A stretch of 64,000 nucleotides of DNA from Euprymna scolopes. Taxonomy: Eukaryota. Both the position numbers and the translations under genes were made by a program. This document shows, one piece after another, positions 52,925 to 64,000 of this stretch; within the stretch, counting starts at the first letter, position 1; the number at the start of each line of letters is the position of its first letter. The DNA lies in the NCBI GenBank assembly GCA_053919585.1, contig CM132787.1. One strand, given 5' to 3'. Under the pieces are notes generated by a model, which was not told the origin of the DNA, ran no database searches, and saw nothing but the letters and a program-made list of their open reading frames with translations.

Positions 52925-54420
52925 GGATTGCTAGGTTTTCTTAACTGTATCGACGTTTTAAAAGTTACTGTTGGATTGAGCACCAATTTTCAGCCCCCCA
53001 CCCTCTGGAAGAGATTTGTAGAAAAAATGTCTACCTTAACTTATTGTAAAGTATTAATGTTTATTCATCTGTGTACCCGAGAAGTAAACGGAGCTTCCAA
53101 GCACAAACTTTCTTTCTAAATCGTTTCCCTATGAGTAAAAATGTCAGGTTTTTAAACATGTGAAGACGTAGGTAGAGACAGAGGTATTAGAAAGATTATC
53201 AACACGTGCCAGTTTCATATCGCGACGTAGGTAGGTGCATATGTATACGTATGAACTTAGGTAGAAACAAACGTTGCTAGTTTTTTTCTCTACTGTATCG
53301 ACGTTTTAAAATTATTGTTGGATTGAGCGGCAATTTCCAGCCTCCCCCCATCCTTTGGAAGAGATTGGCAGAAAAAATGTCTACTTTAACTTATTGTAAA
53401 GTATTACTTTTTGTTCCTCTGTTTACCGGAACTTCCAAACAAAAAGCTTCTTTTTAAAACGTTTCCAGATACAAAGCCATTAGGTTGCTTTTCACCTAAC
53501 TACGGCATGGCCGCTTTTAAGTCCAACGTCTACAAATTTTCGTCGAGCCGCCCACTTAAATAATCATATTTACTTATTATTTCCAATCCACACAAAATGT
53601 TATAAATATCATCATAAACATTGTTATAAACATCATCATAAACATCATCATAAACATCGTCATAAACATTGTTATAAACGTCATCATAAATATCGTCATA
53701 AACGTCATAATAAATACCATCATAAACATCGTCATAAACATCATCATAAACATCGTCATAAACATTGTTATAAACATCATCATAAATATCGTCATAAACG
53801 TCATAATAAATACCATCATAAACATCGTCATAAACATTGTTATAAACATCATCATAAATATCGTCATAAACGTCGTCATAAACATTGTCGTCAACCAACA
53901 ATCTCCTAGGTCCCTATCCTCAAATACCCGTATGGTTTTTATAAACCGTGATATATGCGTAAAAATGTCAGTTGTTTTTTATGTGAAGACGTAGGTAGAG
54001 ATAGAGGTACTATTAGAAAGATTATCAACACGTGCCAGTTTCATATCGCGACGTAGGTAGGTGCATTGATGTACATATGCACATATGCTGAAAAAACGTA
54101 TTAATTAGGAGCATATCGCGACGAAAGTATGTATGAAGATAACGGCACGTATAGTATATTTTTGTTGGATGATTGTTATCACCGGTCAGTTTGAATGCAC
54201 GACGTAGGTAGGTAGTGTCATATGTATGAACGTAGGTAGAAAAAACGTATTAGGAGAGTTATCAACTTTGTCAGTTTCACATGTTGTCGAAAGTAGATAC
54301 GTAGGTAGAGATACACGTGTTTGTTTGCGTATTATCACCAGGTGTCAATTTGAATGCGCAACGTAAGTAAATACAAATGTAAGTACGTAGGTAGAGACAG
54401 AAGTATTACGTCGGAGGATA
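52925..54420. repeat. Direct duplication of a ~350-bp unit plus recurring ACGTAGGTAG motifs
   Basis: 52927-53130 resembles 53274-53465, and 53134-53250 resembles 53957-54075. Confidence 0.75.
53598..53890. repeat. 12-bp satellite (ATCRTCATAAAC)n
   Basis: Same unit as 44630-45330, but more homogeneous. Confidence 0.92.
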
Positions 54421-54914
54421 ATAAAAACTGAGACACGCATCAGAAATTATTAATAAGCTAAGGACAGGGTAAGAAAATGGTTTGCCAACTGATCGACGCC
54501 ATTTTTTCTACTTCGTCCGATTACGTCAAACGGTACAAAACAAGGCAGAATCCCAACAGTATTGATGTACAGATATGTTGCACCAGACATGACCGCTACA
54601 CATTGTGGCAAAAGCACATGAAATTTAAAAGCGATCAATATTCGGTCATATAAGCGGTCAGTTTATTGGCTATTGTCCCAAGGCTCTCCGGTCGTGACCA
54701 AATACGCCTGTTCAGTCCCATTTACCATCATCCGACCAGTCGGAATTGGCTTAGTGGACTTGAAGCCAAATAAAACATTTTTTTAATTTTTTTTTCTTTA
54801 ACGCGCAATAAAATCGTCTAAGGATGTATGCCGTGCGAGGCTTTAGTATTGATCTCCGTACTGTTCTGATAAACACTGGATATCACTCGAATCACTTTTG
54901 TAAAATTTCTTAAA

Positions 54915-54979
<65 letters not shown>

Positions 54980-57799
54980 TAAATAAATAAAATAAAATAA
55001 TAATTATCGGGCGATTTCTCGTAATTGAGAATTTCAAATTTCCCCTCTTTACGCGTTTGGCTCGCAGATGGCTTCTCAGAACAATCTGAGCGTAGAATCT
55101 GCGTTGGCAGAGAAGTCAGGCAATTGTTGGCGAAAGGCGGGATTATTTTGCTCGGTTTTATCTTGCCTGCTTCTTCATCTTCATCAGCATCCTTTCTGTT
55201 TCATATTATTTGGTACCGGATATGATGGATAGGCGCCGCAGTGGGTGCAGCTTGGGTGTCATCAGCTATAATGTGTGTGTGTGTATGTGTGTGTGTGTAT
55301 GTGTGTGTGAGTGTGTGTGTGTGTGTATTTTATTTTTCAAATTTCACTCAGCGCTTCTAACGGATATAAACAAAACAAAACAAAAAAAACTACCCAGATT
55401 TTCAAACCGCGCGACCACGCGTCACCTATCCGTCTTCATAAAAAACCCGCAGTTAAAAACATCACGTGGGCTCTTCATCGAACTTTCTTCCACTTGACAT
55501 CATGGCGAAGAAAAAGAGAGAGAGAAAAAAAAGATTGACAAAGAAGTTTTAGTCCGAAGTATGTTCCTTAAAAAACAAACCCCCGTTTATTTTATAAAAA
55601 ATTTCGCGTTGAAGTTTTGGCTCCAAACGNNNNNNNNNNNNNNNNNNNNNNNNNNNNNNNNNNNNNNNNNNNNNNNNNNNNNNNNNNNNNNNNNNNNNNN
55701 NNNNNNNNNNNNNNNNNNNNNNNNNNNNNNNNNNNNNNNNNNNNNNNNNNNNNNNNNNNNNNNNNNNNNNNNNNNNNNNNNNNNNNNNNNTATACCCAGA
55801 TGTTATTTCTTTATGTACGTTGAAATGCACAATTATTGACAGCACCTGCTTCATAGCACATATTCAGTCATGTCAGTTTTTGAATTTATTCCGCCATGAT
55901 TATTCTTCATTAGAAGAAAAAGAACTTATCGAGTTTAAAAGAAAATAAAGGAATATTGGCATGATTAGAAAATCCTAAATTAAGTTGTAATTATTTTTAA
56001 ATGTTTTTGAATTTTAATGTAGAGCTACACTCATTAAATTCACGTATTAATAAATTGTATTTGTATTGATATACATTAACATCAACATATTTTTTAAAAA
56101 TATTGTATTAATTTATTATTTATAATTAGTTTATAGTTATTTACTTACGTACCATTGATAACGGTCAAATCGATAACGTATGCATATATGTATATTTTAT
56201 ACGAAACTAATGATTAAATCTATTGATATGTATACGATAATAATCGTTTATTAATTAGGACTATTGCAAACATAAAATAAAACATTAAGTATATTTCTGC
56301 TTTTCAACAGATTTCTGTAATTTCAGATCAATTAGTTTTAATAAACCATTTTCAACATTAATATGAGAGATTTCCTTATTTTTGTAATCCTTTATTTATT
56401 ATTTGTCCGAGAGCTATAATTCAATTTCATGATTAACGGAAATTATCTACCATTTCGTAATTAAACATCATTCTACAGATTTTATGGAGTTTTAATATGC
56501 TAATAAATATTAATATTAATTAAATTGTTTTATTCAGTTTATATTATTTATTAATTTAATTTTTATCTTTTATTTATTATGTCATTCATTTAATCTAACT
56601 ATCTAAAACAAATTTAATATAAATTAATCTATATTATATATGATTTTCATACATTTCTCTAATAATTTAATTGTTATATTCACTTCATTAATTACCTGAT
56701 ATGTCTATTAAAGTTACATCAAATACTTATAAGTTCCTTAATTTAATTTATCGAATTCAAATATTCCCAATTTCTTATTGAGTGTATTATTAGTATCTTA
56801 AAATTATATCTAATAATTTATTTATTCATATTTGTTTCATGAAAGTACACCGTCATAACTAAATATTCAATATTATTAAATCTATATGTTTGTATTAGGA
56901 TTATTTAGTTTTGTTATTATTGACATATATTTAAAATTAATTTATCATATGTCCATTTATTAACTTATATATTTAATTTAATTTAATTTTTTTAAAAATT
57001 TATTTCCATGGTTATTCTTAAAAGGAAACTTAACTTTAATTCAATGTGAGCAATTATTTATTTATAACTGTAGACATTTAATATTATATCTTATTTATTT
57101 CATTAATTATTAATTTTTCAAAATTAAAAAAATCATACACTAAAATTTATTGATCTCAACCTGGAATTATTTTATAGTTTATTTATTTATTTATTTCTAT
57201 ATACTCTGTAGTTACATCGATCTTCATAAATTAAAGCCTGGGATGAATAAAAAGTGAAATATAATTAAATGCACACATTTCACCATAAACATATAATTCA
57301 CCTATAATACCTTTTTTTAAAGATGAGATCATTCGATCATCAAAGACAAGGTTCAAGCAAGCAAGCAACACGCCAGGAATGTCCACAGATTATTATATTT
57401 ATACTAGCATATGTACAGTTCACTTTTTAAAGTAAGAAAATTAATTCAAGCTAAGATCGAAACCCACACCTAAAGACAATCAAGTGCAATAACCTTTAAA
57501 CCAGCATGCCGCGTTCTTTAAAAACTGTTTTAAAACCTGCTTATGTTTAACATAAGGAAGCTATCATGTGAACGATTGCGCATGCGCAGTCGTGAATAAC
57601 CAACACAACGAGCCAAAAACTTGTAAGAAATGAAGTAAAAAATGAGCAAGGAAAGAGGACACACTGGTAATAGAGTGCTATTACATAAGTAAAAACTAAA
57701 TTATAGGACATGTCAGTTGACAACTATCTTACGGAACGAAATTGTTATCAAGATATGTTGGCTTTCAAGTCTAGAACTAATAAAAAATACAACGATAAA

Positions 57800-58790
57800 T
57801 AAATGATGTAATAGAGCAAGAAACAACCGTCAGAGGACCACACACATAGAAGACCTGAAAAACATAAACGCTTTAAATGTGCTTACCTGGAAATACGAAA
57901 CAGAACTATCCGAGAATGGAAAAGTTGAATTAGAAAACATCAGACGACTTATAAACAAAGAAAAAGGAAAACTCCTGTCGTTAAAAAACCTAGAGTAGAA
58001 AAAGCTAAAAGTAGTAAAAGAAAAGGTAAAGAAACTTCTCGCATACGTCCCGACAATGACTAATACAGACTGAAATAATCTAATTTATGCAAGTGTAAAT
58101 AATCTAAATATGGCAGTTAAATGGGGACACAAAGCCAGAAAAAGAAAAAAAAACAGACCGACAAAACCTGGATAGGAACGTAGGCGGGAAACCCAAATCA
58201 ATAAACTTTAAAAAGAAGTCAAAGCGAAAAACAGATGAAAAAGTACAACAAAGGAGGGTAAATGGGGATATCTCTCACAGGGAGAGCCTAAAAAATATAT
58301 GAAGAAATAAAGCAAAAGCTAGCAGCAAAAGAAGGCAAATTCAGATGATACATATAGAAATCAGAACAATACAAGCAAAGCAGGGCCTTTATAATACATT
58401 TTATAAAAAATGTGAACGTAATAAAAACAATAACAGACGCAAAGCTCTTCTTAAGCAAAATATTGGAAGGGGCACAAAACTACAACAGAAATACCGAATA
58501 GCTAAACGACATGGAAGAGGTTTTATAGAAAATCGAAGAAGGGAAAGAAAATGAAATCTGTAAAGAAACACTCAAGACAACTCTAAGTAAAATATCAAAC
58601 TTGAAAATAACGGGTTACGATGGAATACACGCATGCTGGTTTAAAAATTCCACAACACTACATGAAAACCTAATTCAAAACGTGAAAAAAAATACCCACA
58701 ATAAAAATGTGCCAGGAAGTGATGACTAGAGATAGAAAAACATTGATACAAAAATACACCGAAAAGAGAATCGCCCCCAGAATAATTACT
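57800..58790 (+). mobile_element. Degenerate R4/Dong-clade non-LTR retrotransposon fragment
   Basis: KQKLAAKEGKFR..Y..EQYKQ, LKTTLSKISNLKITGYDGIHACWFK (cf. NWKAPGxDGIxxFWxK) and TLIQK in the expected order, with many stops. Confidence 0.7.
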
Positions 58791-58793
58791 TGA

Positions 58794-58965
58794 GCTGTGA
58801 CAACAATATTCTTTTTCATTATTTTGACTCTCGAGTATATATCCGACACAGTTAGGCACTGTTAATCAACCGACAAGCACATCACTTTATATAAAAGCAG
58901 ATAAAATATCAACGGATATTTACTCGAGAGTCAAAACAATGAAAATAATATGCTGTTGTCCTAGC
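58794..58965. repeat. Inverted repeat with ~50-bp arms
   Basis: tttcattattttgactctcgagtatatatccg is mirrored by cggatatttactcgagagtcaaaacaatgaaa. Confidence 0.8.
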
Positions 58966-60944
58966 CCTAGTCATTACCCCCCTCGAGCCGCACTTGATCA
59001 TTGTTTATCCAGTGAGAAGATTGTATGTCAACCATCCGGCGCTTGATCGTGCGTTGGGTGATGGTCAATTTCTCTGGGCCAGTCTCGATACTTAATTAGG
59101 CCCCTGTACTTTGTAGTAGAACCAGCAGCACGTTGATTCACAATTTGCATTTATATCTGGCTCAATTACTTTGTAGCAATCCAACTTTATTATTGACGCA
59201 CCAACTTACAGCTGTTTCTGTCCTTTGTGGTTAGTTCATGACTGCTGTCCGTATATCTGTCGACCTGCTTGATTTGATACGCCATGACATTGATTGTCCT
59301 GTCAGCAACATGGGCGTTTTGTGTTGTCCATATTGATCCTGATCTCGGCAATATCGACCGACTGGTTGAGGTCGACCAGCTGCTACTGACAGACACGCAC
59401 AAGATCATCAAGAGAAACGTAGATGATTGAATCAGCAGCTATTTATCTTGATGATCCGTTCTACCTAGTTAATCTCACGCGCAGGACGTGAATGTAGAAG
59501 GGAAAGGATGTAATCAGATGTTAATGTGAAATTTCTGCAATGGTGGGGCGTCTTATACTTGCAGCATGTTCTCGAGGTACTTGCTTGGGGATTCTGTTGC
59601 GACACGTCTCCATGAATATTTTGTGGATACTAGAAGCGTGATTGACCCGCAGTTTTTCGTTGTCGCGCATCTTATAAAATAACACTGCGCGTTTTACTGA
59701 TTGATGATCATGCGCATGTCCATTTAAAGGTTAAAAGGCTCTTGGTTTTTTTTCTGAACTTATTAAATTTTTCTCCAACATCGATAGAGTGGCTGGTAGA
59801 TGATGGGGCCGAACAATTAGGGGTTGGACTATTACATTTTCACGCCTCTTTGGGCATGGCTCTATTTAACTTTGTTTTTTATTTAGATTCTTTTGTAATT
59901 TTATCCGTATATATTTATGAGTAACTTGAGCGGCTAATATATACACATGAAAAGATTTAAATTTAAAAAAACATCTAATAAGTAATTACACATTAAGTAA
60001 TTAGTTTGTAATGTATACGGAGAACGTTACCCGAAATGTTTCATTGTATGAAAAAGACAGTATTATTACTTGCACTTGACATGAATACGATTATGCTTCA
60101 ACGGGATATGATCAGGAACGAAAAGTATCAAGACTTTATCCGGCGTTTATGTATTTTTGGTACCGCGCTATTTTTAAATATTTTTTTTCAGATTAACTTC
60201 AAGTTTCATGATATCTTTTTTTAAAAATTAAGTTACTAGGTAGAAGCACAGAATATTTATAAAACACCCCCTCCCCATGTTAAGAATGGCTTTCGAAATG
60301 ATAACGTTATTTTTTCAGCGCGGCACCAAAAATACTTGGTTCTATTATTGAACGATGTAATGTTTTATCTACAACGAGAAATACTGCTAGAAGATAGACT
60401 TTTTGGTCGAGATTCAGTCCCTTAAATCCGCTGTGTTCTGTCTATTGCAATAAGTATTAACAACATAATCTTACGTATAAATATCACTAGATTATTACTT
60501 TATTACTACACTACGAAGTTAATGCCAGCTTTTTTAACATACAAAGTAAAGAAAACTCAAAGCGGTGTTCCTTCGTAACTGTTCCTTGTTAACGATCTCC
60601 CAACGGTGTTAAGTGGTAGCGGTTATAGGAGGAATTTATCAGAGAGAAAATTTTTACCACTTCCATTGATTTTAACCGATTTTGGTCGTGAACTCTCAGC
60701 AGATAAAATATAGAAATCTACGAATACGGTCATTCAGTATTAAAGATGATGCATTTTTGCATCACTTAATACTGGAAGATAGCAAAACCAGTCGAATACA
60801 CACTTGGAGACCAGTTTGGAAAGGTACTGCACTTTTGTCTACACCTTTACCTTTTTTCTTTACAGCAGCCTTAAATCAAACAATGAAACAAAATTTTACA
60901 TTATTTAATTAATTGGATTTTTTTTTAGATGAGTAATTTGTATT

Positions 60945-61335
60945 TTTTTATCCGTTTATTTATTGCGGACTATTATCCTCATCTTTTTAATTGTTTTTTC
61001 ACAACGTTTCGGCCGATTATTCCTCTGGCCCTTCGGAACCCGTGGCGCAGTGGATAGAGACGGTGAATCTCTACGGTTCCAGGTGAACATTGTCTAAAGA
61101 TAGCGATTTCAATCCCACGCCAAGCCGTCCAGAGGCTTAGTTGGCCAAAACGTGGTGAGACGAAAAACGACTATGGAAGGCAATAATTGCTGAGAATGCA
61201 ATAAGGAGATTCGAAGTTCCTATCCTGTCGCGGTTAACCACCTGACGAAGGCCAAAGCAATAATTGGCCGAAACGTCGTGAAACAACATCTAAGAGATGA
61301 GGATAATTGTCCTCAATAAATAAAATGGATAAATA
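60945..61335. mobile_element. Penelope-derived short element with inverted pLTR arms, tRNA-like core and hammerheads
   Basis: 60945-61030 is the inverse of 61249-61335. There is a diverged direct copy at 61128-61204, an A-box tggcgcagtgg at 61043-61053 and a B-like gatttcaatcc at 61105-61115. Confidence 0.8.
61239..61280 (+). ncRNA. Minimal type I hammerhead ribozyme (PLE type)
   Basis: cac-CTGACGA-a-ggcca...tggcc-GAAA-cg-TC-gtg. Palindromic ACGT stem III; predicted cut after C61277. Confidence 0.82.
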
Positions 61336-61556
61336 TTAAAAATTGTACAGTAAATTTCGACGATCACGAGAACATGAATATCTAGATTCGGCTAAATATT
61401 TGTTGCGATAGTTACTAAAAAAAACTTTCCTTGTTTCTTTGTTATTTCTTAATTCAGAAAATTCACAACTAAAATATTCTTTGCTATTGATATTCTTAAA
61501 TCTTATCTAGCAACTAATTGCAAAAATATATTACTCCATTAATAAAACAATATTTT

Positions 61557-62310
61557 GCATTTTAAGAACCGGATTCTCGTAAATGCCCGCTAAGGCTCGA
61601 CCGAAAGCTGCCATAACCCACCGGAATATGCCGAGCACCGACCAAATTACAAAAAAACAAAAAAAAACAAACAAAAAAAAACAAAAACAAAACAGGACAC
61701 ATAAAATAAAAACATTTTCTTACAGTTTACAATTAAAATAAAATAAGTGGAAAAACAATAAAATGAAATATAACAAAACAACCTATAATAAATTTCATGA
61801 ATAAATATTATTTTATTTGTGTGTAAATAAGTAGAAACGTTTTTTGCGTGATTAAAAACTTATTGTATATTACGCATTGGTTAAATTTTTAGGGAGGGTT
61901 AGAGTTAGGTTTTAGGGTTGGGGTTACGATTTGTTTTGGGTTAGGGTTTGTGCACCACCAATCGAAACAATCGCTGCCCTTCCTTACATGTGTTCTGCAC
62001 GTCAATCTCGATGATATTGCTTTGTAGTTTTTTTGTCCAATAATTTAGGATTGCTCTGGCATCTGTACATTTCATCTAAGCTGGTTGAGTCCATTGTTAT
62101 GATTGATTAAAATTTTTTAAAAATTCATTTTTTTTCTTTTAATTGATCAAAAGTCGTCTGCTATGTTTGTTTTTTGATTGATTAACCGTATTTGTTTTCG
62201 TTTTTTGATTGACTCATCAACTGGATCAGCGTACGCCATATTCCGGCCGTTGTCGTTAAGTTCCGCTCGAGCTGAGCGGGCATTTACGAGAATCCGTTTC
62301 TTAAAATTCA
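61557..62310. mobile_element. MITE with long TIRs and an internal degenerate TTAGGG-like tract
   Basis: ttttaagaa.cggattctcgtaaatgcccgct is mirrored at 62275-62307; ttaggg-like repeats at 61888-61950. Confidence 0.8.
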
Positions 62311-62509
62311 AATATACCAAAAAAATGAACTGCATCTAGTTTGTTTTGACAATAACTTCCCAGCTCGGGAAAAACATAAAAAAGAAATGCGTGAAACCAA
62401 ATACATTTAAATGTTTTAAATGCATTTGGTTTCGCCCATTTATTTTCTTTCTTCCAAACGCCAACTCTCGGATCTTCACTTCGATCCTAATGAAATAAAT
62501 GGCTTAAAT

Positions 62510-63045
62510 GTTAAGGAATCCCTCTATCTTAAGCTCATAGTAGTAATCTTTACTTCAAGCCTAAAATGACAGACTTAATCAAAGCTGTGATTACCGTAAA
62601 CATGGTTTGATTATTCTACCGGTCTAGAAATTATCTCACCTCTGACACCACCTTATACGTGTATAAGTTAACTATGTCTGCAGTTGTACAAAACAGACTT
62701 TAAACTCTAGTGAGGCCGTAATTTCCTCTTCTTTACTGCCTCTTTCTCACAAAAGAAACGTTGCTAGTCTCTTTCGACTCTATTGGCCTAAACGTTTACA
62801 TGGTAGATGCCCGAAAAAGTTTCAATTTCTGAATATTTACTGTAAAACATTCACGGCAAGAATCCGTTCAGCTAAAATACATGTCTTTTATTTCTTTGTT
62901 TATCCAAAACTAAACGGAACTTCCGCGAGAAAAGTTTATTTCCAAGAATTACCAGTATATAGAACAAGTATACCACAGGTCTGCTTCTCAGCTGCTAACA
63001 ACATGGTCGTTTTCAAGTTCACTGTTTTCAAATCCTTTATTAAGC
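62510..63045 (+). mobile_element. Highly degenerate CR1-type 3' fragment
   Basis: FYRSRNYLTSDTTLYVYK, LPLSHKRNVASL and HGRC traces, collinear with 2430-3000. Confidence 0.7.
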
Positions 63046-63063
63046 CATCTTCATAATACTCTG

Positions 63064-63337
63064 GTCCTGGATATGACCTTAAACTATATCCAGTGGTGAG
63101 ACCCCAGCTTGTGGGTTTTGGGGAGTGTGGAGCCACCCTTTAATTACCATTGCTCCCAGGTCCACTCTGACCCGGAGTGGTAGTACCTGTTAGGGTCTCA
63201 ACTATGGGTTGAATAGAAACTGATTTGAAAACAACAAATATATTCTATTAAAAAAATTTTCTTCAAAATCTTTGGATTCGGCAATAAATAACCCGAAAAG
63301 GGTTGATATGCCGTAAAACAAAGACAACCAACCAAAA
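63064..63337 (+). mobile_element. SINE-like retroposon, copy 3, with 13-bp TSD
   Basis: TSD tcataatactctg at 63051-63063 and 63338-63350. Confidence 0.9.
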
Positions 63338-63505
63338 TCATAATACTCTGTTATTGGATGAATAACGTTTTTTTGGTCTATCATATTTGAGTTTGAAATA
63401 TCATTTTACGGTCTGTCATATTTAAGTTTAAAATGTTAACTCAGTAATGATACAGATTGAATAGAATTATCTTCAGAATATTTGTTCTCGTTAATCAACT
63501 CACAT

Positions 63506-63593
63506 ATACAGCTATTGTTACGTTAACACACTGGTGCCATTAGATCACCAAAGTTAAGTGACGTTGAACCTGGTCAATACTAAATGGGTGAAC
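63506..63593 (+). pseudogene. Degenerate 5S rRNA-derived sequence (pseudogene or SINE3 head)
   Basis: acgtt..acactggt..gatcaccaaagttaagtgacgttgaacctggtcaatact..atgggtga is collinear with invertebrate 5S as recalled; the 3' part is missing. Confidence 0.6.
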
Positions 63594-64000
63594 ATTTTGT
63601 AAAAGGGGGTGCTTTACGTCATAAAACATGTCGGTGCTTCTATACAAAGGTTAACCATGTTGGCTCGAATGCTTCCGATTGCAGAATAAACGAGAAATTT
63701 TTGAAGCAGTTTACATTTGAAAGTCAAGAAAAATCTATAAACGTAGAGTAAACTAACAGATTTAGAGATTACAAAAATGTCAACTTCTAAAAGATAAATA
63801 AAGTTCACTTCACCTCATTCTAAATATGATAAATTGAATTGAGTCAAATTGCTTACATTTATCCTTAACATAGTTATATTGACCCTAACTTTATGGCAGA
63901 GAAAAGCGAAGAAATAGTTCCATTTAATGTCTGTATTAATTGAATTTCAATGAGGGCAAGGTCAGTCCCGGTTTGTTCCGTATATCGTAATTGGAAACAT

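Overview
This is AT-rich eukaryotic (animal) genomic DNA with six N-gaps and many (TA)n arrays. The repeat content recalls mollusc/octopod genomes, but that is pattern recognition, not a search result. There are no prokaryotic features, no CRISPR array and no intact long CDS. Most ORFs in the track are artefacts of satellites, microsatellites or gaps. The window is largely decayed transposons: CR1-type LINE fragments, an R4/Dong LINE, Penelope-like (PLE) remnants, four Tc1/mariner-type elements, pogo-type remnants, non-autonomous Helitrons, three SINE copies with target-site duplications (TSDs) and several MITE-like inverted repeats. It also holds a 27-bp satellite (about 5 kb) and a 12-bp satellite. 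The most notable signal is about ten type I hammerhead-ribozyme-like motifs. Two sequence-unrelated short elements (26.2-27.8 kb and 60.9-61.3 kb) share one layout: an inverted hammerhead arm, a tRNA-like Pol III A/B-box head, then a sense hammerhead. This suggests Penelope-mobilised ribozyme SINEs/retrozymes. A possible small spliced gene with a 13-nt microexon lies at 17.1-20.9 kb.
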